64,000 bases of DNA, taken from Leucoraja ocellata. Its lineage: Eukaryota. Numbering within the stretch: position 1 is the stretch's first letter; every line of letters begins with the position of its first letter. This document shows positions 12,816 to 26,350 of this stretch, one piece after another. The position numbers and the translations under genes are program-made. The notes under the pieces are model-generated. The model was not told the origin of the DNA, did no database searches, and saw nothing but the letters and a program-made list of their open reading frames with translations. The stretch spans positions 5,146,001 to 5,210,000 of the forward strand of contig JAWMAR010000023.1 in assembly GCA_036785375.1 (NCBI GenBank), given 5' to 3'.

Positions 12816-14189
12816 TTGATTATCCCTTAAATTTTCCTGCCAGATTTAAAAGCCACAGGCAACTCAACAGTAAGTATTCAGATGGGACCGAGCTTCAGGA
12901 ACAGTTTGTTCTACAAATCTTTCCTCTCTTTGAGCAATGGGTATATTTGCCTCAACACAGACTAATCTATAAAGCTGGCACCAATGCTTTGGCAGTTGGG
13001 TTCCCTGAAAATCCATTGAGGATTTATATTTTAATTTTGAGTTTTAATTTAAAAATTTTGCGAGGGGAAGGGGGCAGCGAGCCAATGCCATCTGATTGTC
13101 TCGACATTTTTCTTTGCAATCTTTTGGACAGACCATGTGACGCATCAATCTCCTCATTGCAAGCATTGTGGTTAGGCTTCGGCCTACTCCATCCCTGTAC
13201 TCCATCACTGTATCCCGTTGCCCTCTTCCTTGCTGCAGTAGAACAGGAGAACAAAACCGCACCAAATTCAAATTGGAAAGGGATAAGCTTACAGCCAATG
13301 TGACTCTATTCAAATAAAATGTGACAGAAGCTGTTAACACAAAATACTGCCCGAATCTGGAAAAGAATTAATGCAAAATTGCCAGTGCTGATGTATTAAA
13401 ATTCAGCTGAAAAGTCAAACACGCACGGAATGTGTAATTCACATTTATAGCGGAAGGCTGCCATTGACACAGAGCATCAGCATTACTGAGGCAGAATTTA
13501 AATAGAAATGGGAGAATTGTGCCCATCACGGCAGTCGAATGCAATCGATTAAAAACTCTAGTTAACAGAATACCAACTACCTGGCTGGTGGGCTCAGCCT
13601 GGGGACCTGGCATCGTCAAGGCAGCATTCTCTGTTGCTCAAAGCCTGTTCAGCATGAGTCTGCTCTATTATGATTAAAAATCTAGCCATTAAGATGGTGA
13701 TATTCATTAACATCGATTACCAGGGAGTTACAAAATAATATTGTAGTTTCAATAAAGAAGAGCTTCATTGTACTTGGCAGCAGAAGCATCCTATAGTTAA
13801 GAATCTCACGGGTTGAAAACCAGCTGGCTACTCGGAATTTAGAGTCTAATAAATGGAAGAAAATACTGCTTAGTTTCCTTTTCCACACTGCCCCCAGTTA
13901 CCGTGCTCCTCTCCTGAAGCATATAAATATCTCTCATGACTAAACCTACATACTGTATATGTCATGACGCTGTCAAATATGCAGGGCAAAGAGGAGCTCA
14001 ACCTCCATGCAACTCAACAGTGTTACCGGATAGTGATTTGGATAGGATTAAAAAAAAAACATCATCTCTTACTACGGAGGCTAATTGTAGATCATCAAAT
14101 ACCATACCAGTGTTTTGATGTACTTATTTACTAGTTGGAGGTATTGTTGATCATCCATTTTTGTATCCATTTATTCTATTTTGGAAGGA

Positions 14190-14382
14190 ACTACTGTCTG
14201 TAACTTTGATCGGACTCCGCTGTCTTTACCGTGCGCTAAACGTTATTCCCTTATCATGTATCTGTACACTGTGAATGGCTGGATTGTAATCGTGTATTAT
14301 CTATTCGCTGACTGGTTAGCGCAACAAAAGCTTTTCACTGTACCTCGGTACTCATGACAATAAGCTAAACTGAAACTGAACT
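14190..14382 (+). mobile_element. Rex1/L2-type LINE 3' UTR tail
   Basis: ...aaaagcttttcactgtacctcggtactcatgacaataagctaaactgaaactgaac, ending in short tandem repeats. Confidence 0.7.
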
Positions 14383-15214
14383 GGAGTGAAGTTTGTGAAG
14401 CAGCTCATTGAACCATGTGCCTGGTCAGGTTACGTCCATAATGCTGTTGGAGCATTAAGATTTTGACTTATTGATAATGGATGAGCCGTGATTTATGTCG
14501 AAACAGATTATAACCAGCTGACCTTTTACAGATCAGATTTAAAACTAAATCCACTGCTCTCAATGACCTCAAACTCACGATCAAAGTAGGATTATTTCTC
14601 CCTGTGCCACTTGAAAAAGTGAACCATGAGCCATTTTGTTGCCCATTCCTTTGCTCAACATTTACAGTATATCATTCACCCCTCCATGAATGTAATGTGG
14701 AGCCAGAATGTTGCTGAGGATTTGCTCTGAGTGTTAACTGATGCCAAGCAACTCATAATGTGGAATTATATTGGCTCGATTTTGTTTGGTACCTGTATTC
14801 ATGTTTACATCATTTGTTCAGATGTATGCGGTTACTGAGCTGAGAAAGTGTAACAGAAATAAAATTGGAAGAAATACGCTGGGATATTTAATTGGTTTGT
14901 TGAATGCTAGCTGATGTCCCTCAATGGTAGCTTCGAAAACATTTCAGCGATGTTGTTGGCATTGTTCAGGTTTATGGTTTGTAATGTAATCCACAGATCA
15001 TTCTAATCACTTTGTATGATTTGCATTGCATTTTTGTTAATGCCCCAGTGAAATTCTTTGGGGAATTTTTGCAACCTTAAAGGTGCTTTGTACATAAAAA
15101 AACTTGTTTTGTTGTCATACTTCTGTGCGTTGAGGTCACATGTCAAGCACATTTTAGTCATAGTGTGCTTAATCATATAGTTCAAAGAATTGCAGTGGTC
15201 TTCCAACTTTCCAA

Positions 15215-15755
15215 ATCATAGATTCATAGATGTATACAACATGGAATCAGACCATTCGCCCAACTCATTTATGCTGATGAAGATGTCTATCAAGGCTAAT
15301 CCAATTAACCTACCAATCCATGTACCCAGCCAAATGTTTTCAAAATGTTGTAACTATACACGCTCTTATCGTCTCCTTTGGCAGCTCGTTCCTTGTACCC
15401 ACTCCCGTCTGTGTGAAAAAACTTGTGCCTCTGATCCCCTTTATATCATTCCCCTCTCACCTTAAACATATTCCTTCTAGATGCTGATTTCCAACCTTGG
15501 GGAAAGACTGCAACTATCTACTCTGTCAGGGCCCTGCATATTTTAATGAACCTCTATAAAATCACCTTTCAGTCCCCTTTCGCGCCAGAGAAAATTGTCC
15601 CAGGATATCCAATTACTTAATGTAACTCAACATAGCCCCGAATCTTTCTGCACCCTCTCTAGTTTAATCGTATTTTCCTTGTAGCGTGGAGAGCAGAATA
15701 CTCCAATACACACAATACTCCAAATTCTGTTTCACCAACATTTTGTGCAACTGTT
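15215..15755 (-). mobile_element. CR1 LINE 3' fragment
   Basis: catagattcatagatg tail, tgtgtgaaaaaacttg, gagcagaatactccaatacacaatactccaaa (reverse of LEYCVQFWSP-like motif). Confidence 0.75.
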
Positions 15756-15756
15756 A

Positions 15757-16228
15757 CTTAGATTCATAGAGTGATAGGGACATACAGCATGGAAACAGAC
15801 CCTTTGGCCAAATTTGCCCATCTGACCAAGATGCCCCACCGTCACTCGTCCCATCGGCCCACATTAGGCTGATATCCCTACAAACCTTTCCTATTGCTGG
15901 ACCTATCCAAAATGTCTTTTAAATGTGGTCACCTGTGCCCTCTGGCAGTTCGTTCCATCTGCCCTGTGTGTGGAAAAGTTACCTCTCAGATTCCTAGTAG
16001 ATCTTTCCCCTCTCAGCATAAACCTAGGTCCTCTTGGTTCTTGATTTCCCCTATTCTGGGTAACAGACTCTGTGCATTTACCCTATCTATTTCCCTCATG
16101 ATTTTATACACCTCCTGTATGCACTACAAGGTATAAAGTCTGAGCCTGGCCAACCTCTCCCTATAGCTCTGGTCCTCAGTTCTTGCAACATCCTCGTAAA
16201 TCTCCCCTACACACTTTCCAGTTTAACA
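15757..16228 (-). mobile_element. CR1 LINE 3' fragment (second, adjacent copy)
   Basis: catacagcatggaaacagaccctttggcc tail; ccctatctatttccctcatgattttatacacctc; gcaacatcctcgtaaatctc. Confidence 0.8.
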
Positions 16229-19200
16229 GTTATTGGGCTCCTGTACATTAGTAGCGAGATGAGGTTGTGGTAGGGTGGTGTGGATCATTGATGATATTAG
16301 GTTGGCTCAGTAGGGATTTTTTCACCTTAGAATCAAAATGGTAGGTTAAACAGATTTTGTTTTTCTGTTTCCTCACCTCTCCCAAATTTCGTGCATCTCC
16401 TCCTGAAGCCTGTAATACATTTCACTACCTTACTTCAAGAGCCGTGTCCAACAAAATTATCAGCTGATTCTAGTGAATAAATGTGCCATCTAGAAGGCCC
16501 TCTGTTGAAGAGATTACTGTATTTTAAATGAGGCATATTAAATCAGAATGCTGCAACCTCCATAAACCTATTAGTACTTCTTGGAGCTGAGAGGCACTCA
16601 ATGGCCAAGTTACCAATTAAAACAAAATCATCAAAATTTAGATTTACGTTCAGGGGTATTTTTGCAATTATGGAAAATGTTCACACGAAACAATCCGTTA
16701 TAAGTAATTTACTTGAGTCCTGACCATAGGATTAGAGGGAACACATATTTTGACTAATAGCGAATGCAATTAGGTGAATGTTAAACCAGTGTTGCATTCA
16801 TGCTGTAGGGTGTGTACATGGCCAGATAGGGTTTAATTGCTCCCATTCACCTTGCAGTGATTTTAGTCAAATAATGGAGGAGTGCGTGAGGACAAATTAC
16901 ACAACAGCAGAAAAAGGCTCTCCGATTCTTCCCCTTCTTCCCCTGCCCACACACAAAGATATAAAGACACAGAGGCACAGATACACTCACCATCCTCTCC
17001 AGCAGTCGCCCGCTTGCTCTCTCCCAGTGTGAAGCTGCCTCTTATCTGCCACCATTTGTCCTCTTCAGAGCAATTCCTCATGGCTGATCATCCTCCAGTC
17101 CCAGCAACTGTGCTGCCTGAATTATGTGGCCTCGCCTTGATCTCCTGAAGACGTTGGGGGTGACGGGCAGAATCCATTGCTGGCTACTCGGGGCTCGCCT
17201 GATGCTCTCACTTCATTGCCTCACTCTTGGTAGGGTTATGGACCCCCCAGTGTGCTGATTACTCGGCCATGGAATGCATATTCATCCTGAACAACCATCA
17301 TTACACACAAAACCATTCAGTCAGACCATGGGTGACCTGCACCTCAGCTCTAAATTCCTGTCCATGCTCCACGTCTCTTACAATTGAATCCTTTGGCAAA
17401 ACTCCTTGGATTCGGGCATGTCAAACGGCCTCCAGGCTGTGATACCGGAAGCAACCATTTCCTATGATGTCAGACTCTCTGTCACGCACAAGAACTTCAA
17501 GTGTGCGAGGAAACTGAAGGGTAGGAACAGAGTCGATTATTTAAAACCTGCGCTTGTTCGCCTCAGACATCCTGAAGATGCAAGACATAAAGTAGTGTGG
17601 AGAAACGTACATTTGGTTATTTATAATTTAATACTGTCCAAAAAATGCTTCTTGGAAAATCACAACAATAGACTGTTCTACATAACTACAAAATTGATGG
17701 TTATAGGCAGCTACATTACAGGAAATGTGAACTGGTACTTAACATTTTTTAAGAGGACATTTCCATTTTAATGGTACTTGAGAAACGCATTAAGGTGCGC
17801 ATGAGCTGACACACTTGGTTGGTTTCAAACCATTTTAATAGTTGTGGATGGTATTATTCCAGATAAGCATATTTCACTGAAAAATTACCAAACTACAGCA
17901 GAAAATACAAGTATATTCCCCTTGAACTCTCTTTGTAGTGAATCGTCCCTTCTTGCAGATTGGCACGGAAATTAAATGCTAAAAATTCACAAATTTAACA
18001 TCAAACCCGGACAGATGAAAATAAAAAAAAGAATAAATTATGCCTTGCCTGATGTTTTATTTATGTGGCATTATACTTCAAAATGATGTTTGACTTGAGA
18101 TGGAAGCAAGCATCCAATGGCCCAACCTATTGTCATTCATGGATGCTGTGCATGTTTCAGATGGGCCAAGTGCCTTTGGGTTTCATTCCAATCAATAACC
18201 TCAATAGATTGCACCCTTTCAACTTACTCCTGCTGCATTGAATTTCAATTGACCTGACCGTTTTCTGTTCTCTCCTAACGTATGGAATTCCAATCAATGC
18301 GCAGACATTCTGTTGTGGAGAGTCAGTGGATCAAAGTCTTTTCCCACTCACTCCTATCCTATAGAATTACAATTGTCCTGGTGACTCTCACTATTCACTC
18401 CCGATCTATGGAGTACTAGTGAGGCAAACCGCTCCCCATTTACTCCCTTTGTACAGAATTGCTGACCTAATTATCTCATTTAGAAATAATGTCCCAGTGG
18501 AAGCATTAGGTTTGTTCCGTTTATTCTTTTGTTTAAAGCTGAAAGTATTAAATGAATTGAGTTGTTTGCCAGAATTTAATAAGCAACTTGCAAACCATCA
18601 GGGGGCTTCTACATGAAATAAAGACCATTGTTTTCTTTAAATGACTGAATGAATGATTAACGGAGCCATTGATTTGCAAACAAGCTATTTTTATCAGCAA
18701 TTCACAGAAATCCTGGTCTTAAACCAGTCTGTGTCCAAGCACGATATTTCATGATGCACAAGATTGTAACCTTTTTTCATAAAAGTCATCAGTGCTTCAG
18801 TTAAATTAACATTTCCAATTGACCATGGGAACAAAAGTTGTTTTGTGCGATTAATGTCGGACGTCGCTGCACTGAATTTGTAGATCTTTGGTTTTCAATG
18901 GAGGAAAATATACAATGAACAACTTACTTCCAGCCATTGATGTGCAAAATCTAGATAGATCAAGAACCTCTTGATTTACTTCTACTCAAAATAATCCCAA
19001 TGGAATATAACCTTCACATTAATTCCCATTGCTGCTTTCATTAATTTGGTCCCATTCTAGAAAGAAGTGCTGATTTTCCCAAGCAGTTTGGGGACTTCTA
19101 AAAATGTTGACGACCTATAGGAATCATGATAAATGCTCAAATATGTAGCCAAGAAGTGATCTTTTCTACTGCCCCTTTGATTACTATTTACTGTGCAGCA

Positions 19201-19328
19201 GTTCTACAGAAATCAAGCCTTCCCTATTCATGTATGAGGTTCAGCAATCTTATCCTTACCCTTGTTCCAGCAGAGGTTACTGATAATAATCATAAATGGG
19301 GAATGCAACTGATCAGTGAAGCTGAGAC

Positions 19329-19453
19329 CCTTCTTCAGACCTGAAACGTCACCCGTTCCTTCTCTCCATAGATGCTGCATGCCCCGCTGAGTTACTCCAG
19401 CATTATGTGTCTACCTTCAATTTAAACAAGCATCTGCAGTTCTTTCCTGCACG
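19329..19453 (+). mobile_element. PLE/hammerhead mini-element with short 5' inversion
   Basis: Inverted gagacccttcttcagac joined to ctgaaacgtcacccgttcc...; flanking repeat gtgaagctgagac (19316-19328) / gtgatgctgagac (19454-19466). Confidence 0.8.
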
Positions 19454-20204
19454 GTGATGCTGAGACGTTGGAAAACTGACCACATCCCTGGCTCTGAAAG
19501 CGTTTTTACTTTTCTTCATACAGGGACTGTTGAGGTGATTAAAATAAGACCAAAGAACCAAGTTCTTCTGCACAAATCTGAGAGGTGAAGTTAACCCTCA
19601 AAAGGTCCATTGCCTTGAGAATGTTGTGTGCAACAGATTCGCTTGTGTATTTTATAGTATGAGTTACCAATGCCTTGTAGCTTGCTTCTGAACATGTGCA
19701 TGTGCAAGGATCATTGACTGACATGAGTGCAACTTTGGTTCTGGGTTGCAGACGACGGAGGGTGCATGGGTTCCTGTTTGTCCGTAGATTAGCTCCATCC
19801 AAGCAGGAAGCTTGTCGGATGTCAGCTGCAGCAATGCGGTGAAAAATGCCGAGAAGTGTTGGTGCGATGAAATAGCCGTGCTTGATACTGCTCTGTGCTT
19901 GGACCTCTGAGACTGATGGAAAGGATCTTGCAGTAGTATCTTAAGGAAGTGCTGGGGTAATTCTTCTTCATTCTCCCGCCTCCACATTTTCCTTGACAAT
20001 ATGGATTGATCGTTCATTCATTGAAGTAGCGTTTCCTTGGATTAGATTTGTATTTGTCTTCACCTTGAGTGCAGCTTATGTCTGTTTGTTCTGCTGCTCT
20101 ATAAGGTTGCACAGATTCTCACAATCAATATTGACTCGAGCCTTTAGAACCTGGAATATAGCAATCATATCTACAGCAACACTACTTGTCATTTCTTTAG
20201 TTTT

Positions 20205-21101
20205 AATTGAATTGAATTGAATAAATTTGATTAGCCAAATATGTATACATACAAGGAATTAGCCTTGGTGCTTTGTTCGCAAGCAACAACACGATATACA
20301 GTAGACAATTAAAAATAAAACATAATTCAAACATGTGAAGAATGAAATAAAATACCAGAGCAAAAGGAGGCTACAGACTTTTGGCTGTTGAGTAGAGCTC
20401 CTGCCCGTGGGGAAAAAGCTGTTTTTATGTCTGGCTGTGGCGGCTTTGACAGTCCATAGTCGCCTTCCAGAGAGAAGTGCTTCAAAGAGTTTGTGTTTTC
20501 TCAGCTGCCGCAGGAATTACATCCTCTGCTGGGCCTTTTTGACTGTGGAGTCGATGGTGGCCTCCCATTTAAGGTCCCTGGAGATGATGGTTCCAAGGAA
20601 CTTAAATGACTCCACAAATGTGACTGTGGTGTTGTTGATGGTGGGTGGGGGAGGGGGAGCTCTCCTTAAGTCTACAATCAATTCCACTGTCTTAAGAGCA
20701 TTGAGCTCCAGGTTGTTGCAATGGCACCAGGACGCCAGCTGTGTCACTTCCTGTCTGTAGACGGAGTCGTCCCCATCCTGGATCAGTCCAATCAGGGTTG
20801 TATTGTCCACAAACTGGAGAAGCTTGACAGAGGAGTCTGTGGAGGTGCAATCATTGGTGTAGAGAGAGTAAAGGAGAGGGAGGGGTGAGTACGCAGCCTT
20901 GCGGTGCTCCTATGCTGAGGGTCAGCGGGTCTGAGATGTGCTTACCCAGCCTCACATGCTGCTTCCTGTGTGTCAGGAAGTTGGTGATCCACTGACAGAG
21001 GGGTTCAGGCACAGTCACCTGGGAGAGTTTGGAGTGTAGTAGCTCAGGCACAATGGTGTTGAATGCAGAGCTAACATCCACAAACAAAATCCTTGCATAG
21101 G
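20205..21101 (-). mobile_element. Rex1/Babar-clade LINE fragment (RT pseudogene and 3' UTR)
   Basis: ORFs 20851-21087 and 20517-20810: FVD.SSAFNTIVP, GAPQGCVL, (F)VDNTTLIGLI, WC..NNLELN..KT.E, FKFLGT.IS.DL.W; internal deletion near 20495; (aattg)n tail. Confidence 0.92.
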
Positions 21102-21706
21102 AGCCACAACTACATAATGAAAAGGATTTGATTTAATTGGATTGAAATTGTCTGCCTTTCTCTGCCACACTCTCAAAGAATTTTCAATAAAACTGTTGAT
21201 CAGGGAAATTGATGAAGCACTGACTTTCATCAGAGTGGCAGGAGCCAACATTGTTTTTAACAGAGGATTGTTTACACAGGAGTGGTCGGTGGTAAGAGCT
21301 GCATGGGCATTGACCGAGAGGATGGAGGCATTACCCTGAATCACTTCATGAGTCAAGACAGACATCATTGATGAAGCTTTCCGTCACTTTCTGTGGCCTG
21401 GTGAAGCCTTTGGGCAGTTGAAGAAAAGGATATTTGAAGGTCTTGTGTAATATTCTTGGGTTACCAGACAGCAGTGACCCCCCTACTTTCCTAAATATCT
21501 CTGAGATGGGGTATAGCTGACACCTCAGCACTGGGGCGATAACATCAATGCTGTCTCTACAAAGTCCTCTCTACCTATTGGAATGATAAACAATGCAGTT
21601 GCAATGTACTGACTACAGATGGCATCTCAGGCATTGATACATCTAGTTGGTTTTGTTGGACAGACACAACCTTTGCTTGCCCAACACCAGATACCCAATA
21701 TTTTGC

Positions 21707-21890
21707 GACGAAATTCTGGAGTAACTGCAGGACAGGCAGCATCTCGGGATAGAAGGGATGGGTGACGTTTTGGGTCTCGACCCGAAACGCCACCCATTCC
21801 TTCTATCCAGAGATGCTGCCTGTCCCGCTGAGTTACTCCAGCATTTTGTATCGATCTTCGGTGTAAACCAGCATCTGCAGTTCCTTCCTA
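21707..21890. mobile_element. Inverted-dimer PLE/hammerhead mini-element
   Basis: gggtgacgttttgggtc-tc-gacccgaaacgccaccc: arms fold back with the axis in the hammerhead stem II loop. Confidence 0.85.
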
Positions 21891-22861
21891 GCGGATTCCG
21901 AATTCTCAATCTGTGATCCACCATCAGGAACGCACAGAAGCACAATGTAAATGGTGGAAGAAATATTCCTCACAAGTGCCTGAACACTCTCTCTCCAGAG
22001 GCACCTTTGCTCATCAATGGTAGAGTCTGCCAGTCTCACATAAGTCTAATCAATCACCCCAGAACTCAAATCAAATTGTTTTCATCCCTGGGGATCATCC
22101 AAGAAGAAGGGTGTGCAAGTTGCAATCAGTTGTGAGATGGGGGTATAAATGAAACTTCACATCTCTTCTGGGTTAACTATTTGAAACAAATAGTTTTTTG
22201 TAAAATATGAAGTGTGGGTAGCATTCAATGGGGAGAGAAACATAAATCAAAGAGGTACCAGCACGCTGCCAGACTTGACGAAGCAAGAGAAGAAAAGTAA
22301 GCTGCATTGAAAATCCTGAGAGGCCTGGAGAAACCTCCTGCACGATACCTCATTAAATCCGTGCACAGCAGGTTCTGAACGGGCACTTTTTTGTGTGGTT
22401 GGTTAGGGTATTTAAGATTAATGATTTGCGGTAATAAAGGGAATGTATTATCAAATATATTACTGTCTGTGGTTTACTGAGTCTATTAAAAGGGTAAGGA
22501 AAGAATTTCCAAACTGTAACAACTTCTCAACCTTCTCATTTGCAAATTTGTGTCCAATTTAGTTAATTACCTCTCGTAATTCAATTTTTCTGAGGAGCTG
22601 ATTTAAATAAATTATTTGCATATTATGGTTTTGTCAGTGTTAAAATCAAGCCTATGTAAAAATATATTGCAATTCCTGCCGATATGATTGCTGCTTTTCC
22701 AATTCTGAAAGGTTTAGCTAGTGTGGATCGCAAGCTGTTGTTGCACTTGTCCAGGGCAATAGATCTAGTGGACACAGCCCACCTTCAAATAGGGGGTAAA
22801 TACAAAACTAATCGGAGTTAAAAATTAATCTGAGTTGTTTGCCCCTTAAAATCCAGTATAT

Positions 22862-22985
22862 CATTTCTTCTGGGGAGAAGGAATGGGTGACTCACGTTTG
22901 GGGTTGAGACCCTTCTTCAGACTGCGTCTCCAGCATTTTGTGTCTATCTTCGGTGTAAACCAGCATCTGCAGTTCCTCCCTACAC
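22862..22985. mobile_element. PLE/hammerhead mini-element, rearranged inverted form
   Basis: Minus arm ending gagacccttcttcagactg joined to plus-strand ctccagcattttgtgtctatcttcggtgtaaaccagcatctgcagttcc. Confidence 0.8.
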
Positions 22986-23605
22986 TATTTCCTCCTCCTT
23001 CTGCATCCTTTCAAAGGCAGCGATAGCCTTCCCGTCCTGTGGCAACCAATAACTTTACACAGTAATCAAAACAAATTATAGAGTAGCTCGCTATTTCAGC
23101 TCAATATTGATCTTTTACTAGCAGAAAAATGTGAGGAGCATTGTATCATTCGAAACAAAGTGCTGGGAATCCATATCATCAGAGAGAAGTGGCAGGCTGT
23201 GGCATTTCAGATCTGTGCCACTTGTCAGTCGAGCATAAACCTCATAACTTGCCGCCTTTGTAAATGGTGGCTCAGATTCTTCTGGTTTTGTATTATATTT
23301 ACATGACTTTCTTTTCATTTTAGTCTTAAACTCAACACCTTCCTCATTATTTCTTTGAAATTTCAAGCTTGGAATTAGCTTCACTACGTGATTGACCACG
23401 TTGATGCATTTCTGCATAAGGAAACATTTTGTTCCTAACGTGTTTTAAATCTGATTTCCAAGTTTAAAATTCTGGGTAGATCTTTTAACTATAGCCCTGG
23501 ATAGGATGAGGCTGGGAGCTATATTGAGCGAAGTGAATGGCCAAGAGTTTATAGCTTTGGAGTAGGATGAACGGGAACATGGCAGCAAGGTCAGGAATAC
23601 GTTGG

Positions 23606-23714
23606 AAGAAACTGCAGATGCTAGTTTAAACTGAAGATAGACACAAAAAGCTGGAGTAACTCAGCGGGTCAGACAGGAATAGGTGACGTTTCAGGTCGAG
23701 ACCCTTCTCCACCT
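23606..23714 (-). mobile_element. PLE/hammerhead mini-element
   Basis: aactgcagatgctagtttaaac...ggtgacgtttcaggtcgagacccttc; 21-bp flanking repeat at 23585-23605 and 23715-23735 (3 mismatches). Confidence 0.8.
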
Positions 23715-25732
23715 GCCAGGTCAGTAATATGTTGGTTCTCCACATTTTAAGCTGCTGACTGCAACTAAAGATCACACAGCGAAAATGTAAAATGGGAATC
23801 TCACGCATGAAATGGACATTGTAAAGAGATGTGCATTCTTATTGAAATTAACTGCAGATCCAAGAACCCCCTGCACTTCAGGTTATGTATTGATCGGTTG
23901 ACTGAGCTTTGACATGGCAGTTCATGTGAAAGAAGGATTCAATATTCAAATGGCTTGTTTTTTTTTGTTGTAGACTATGATTAATAGCGCTATTAATTAG
24001 AGGTGGGATCATGGGCACATTGGCTCCCTCACACTGGTGTGGAATAGCTGGAGATTGTCACAAGAGAAGCAGGCGAGAGGATTAATTAAATTCTTAAATT
24101 ATAATTTAAAACATGCACAGAGGCAAAGAAGGTGATATCCCGATTCGTCCAAAATGTCGACCCAAAAGGTGGCCCTGGTTGAGGTGAAGGTTGTGAACGC
24201 TGAACTTCCTTCGACACAGCGTTCAAAGATGGAGAATGCTGGTGAGCCAAGCAAACAAAAAAAGATTTGAGGGTTAAATCCAAAACGCAAGTAACCGTGG
24301 CATCATCTGTTATCCTCGCCATCAGTTGTACACACAGAGGAGCCTCAGAGTCCAGGGTTCCTGAATGGTGGTTTGTGTGAAAGAGCAATGTGGGAGGCTT
24401 TCCACTTCATCATCAGCCATCATTTGAGATTCAAGAAACGTCCTCCCTTGAATTTTGCTTTGCTCAGGCAGTGCCTGGTGTATTCCTTCCCTCTGCTGCA
24501 TTGTCATTTGCTGGGTGAATTGCATTGAGTCTGCGTGTGTGATGGTGGCGGAGTGAGATGCTGGTGGTCACGTGGGTGAGCCTGTCTCCATTAGCTGGGA
24601 AATTGTGCATCTAGACCCACCGACCTGCCTGCATATCTTTGGGAGGCTGCAATCTGACACGAGGCAGCATCAAGGTATCCCTGAAGAGCTTTGGGGTTGG
24701 AGGGCATTGGTATGGGGTGGTGGAACACAGTAAATGTATTTGGATTAGGCCATAGGATTAAGGCCACATATCTGCCCTAAAGCAGGTCATTGTGCATTTG
24801 GGGAGCAGTCTTCAGGAAGTGACTGACTGTGGTAGAAGGCACCCTTGCTTTTGAAAAGATTAAATGGTTGGCTGTTAGAAGTGCCTGTGCCTAGGGTTGG
24901 AATTAGGCTGGAAGGAGGAACATGGGAATTGAAAGGGCACAGAAACTGAGGGAAGGTGGATTGAAGTAAGGAGGGAATCAGCAACGGAGGGATGCAGATG
25001 TAAAGACAAGATCATATCTTGTGATGATATTTGTGTTTAATCTTCCAATTTATACCGGTTTAGACATTGTATTTGCAGAGTGTTTGCACAGAGCAGATTA
25101 TGCTGCTAATTGGATTTCTTTAACAAGCCCAAAGACGTGTTGGAATCGACTTTCAACGAGAACAGGCAACCTATGCTGTATTTGAATAAACAAACACAAT
25201 ATTTATTCTATTGTGAACAACACTTATTTAAGATTGGTGTGGAATTATTAAAGTTTGGCATAGAGGTATATGATGGATTTTCCAATAACAGCACCATGGA
25301 AACATTCGCACACCAATTGCAAATTCCCTCTAGTCCGTCTCAGAAGCATCTCATCTTTTATGATAAAGCAAATAAGAACACAAGAAACAAAGGATGACGA
25401 AGCTCTCCCTGTGTTACAACTCCATGAGATCTCAACACTTCCCCATTCAGCCTTTGAACACGGGCTTAGTTCGTACACTGGTCATCATATATTCCGCTGC
25501 CTATCCCTAGGCAGTTAAAAATCTTCTTTTTAAGTTTGTTCTTTTGTTTTGAGCTATATTTTGAGATATTATTTAAAACCTGCTTCATTGACCAAACTCT
25601 GGGTCTACTATCTTTTTCCTGTGGCCTAGTATCCTATTTTTTTGAATAAGCAAACACTTTTCTAAAGCATCATTTATCATTTTACATTGCTAAAAAAGTG
25701 ATATCCATGCATGTTGATGTTACCGTGATTAT

Positions 25733-26043
25733 ACAAGAGGACATGACTTTAACAAGAGGACATGACTTGAGAATTAAGGGACAGAAGTTTAGGGGTAACA
25801 TGAGGGGGAACTTCTTTACTCAGAGAGTGGTGGCTGTGTGGAATGAGCTTCCAGTGGAAGTGGTGGAGGCAGGTTCGATTTTATCATTTAAAAATAAATT
25901 GGATAGGTATATGGACGGGAAAGGAATGGAGGGTTATGGTATGAGTGCAGGTAGATGGGACTCGGGAAGAATAAGTGTTCGGCACGGACAAGAAGGGCCG
26001 AGTTGGCCTGTTTCCGTGCTGTAATTGTTATATGGTTATACAG
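25733..26043 (+). mobile_element. Well-preserved 5'-truncated CR1 LINE 3' end
   Basis: ORF 25698-26024 contains TRGHDLRIKGQKFRGNMRGNFFTQRVVAVWNELP...FK.KLD.YM, the CR1 ORF2 C-terminus; 17-bp tandem duplication at the 5' junction. Confidence 0.92.
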
Positions 26044-26253
26044 ATAAAACTATACAGTTATACTTTCCATTTTGCTAGATATGTTGTGGGCTGCAAATCT
26101 ACCTTGATCTCTATATATAGGACCAGTACTAGCAAGGACACAATCAGTGGGGGATCCCATAGACCTGGAGTAATTATAAAAGCATCTCTTTTTTAATAAC
26201 AATCTCATGATAAGCAGCAGTTCCACTTTAGATCTTGGTTCAGGTATTTGCAC

Positions 26254-26350
26254 AGAACATCGTTGGTCTTGGAATCCACTCAGGAAATCCAATTAACAAT
26301 TATATTATTAATTGGATTTCCTGAGTGGATTCCAAGCCCAAAGATGTGCT
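26254..26350. repeat. Unique inverted repeat / hairpin
   Basis: Perfect 29-bp arms 26268-26296 and 26308-26336, 11-nt AT-rich loop, imperfect 14-bp outer extension. Confidence 0.9.

Noticed and set aside
19524-19534. 11-nt microexon (cag|ggactgttgag|gtgatt)
   Set aside because: Not a multiple of three, weak donor and no supporting context
24400-24990. Old L2-like LINE (similar hints at 5200-5350, 6930-7400, 17080-17450, 35900-36460)
   Set aside because: Too decayed to define boundaries or family by eye; needs an HMM search
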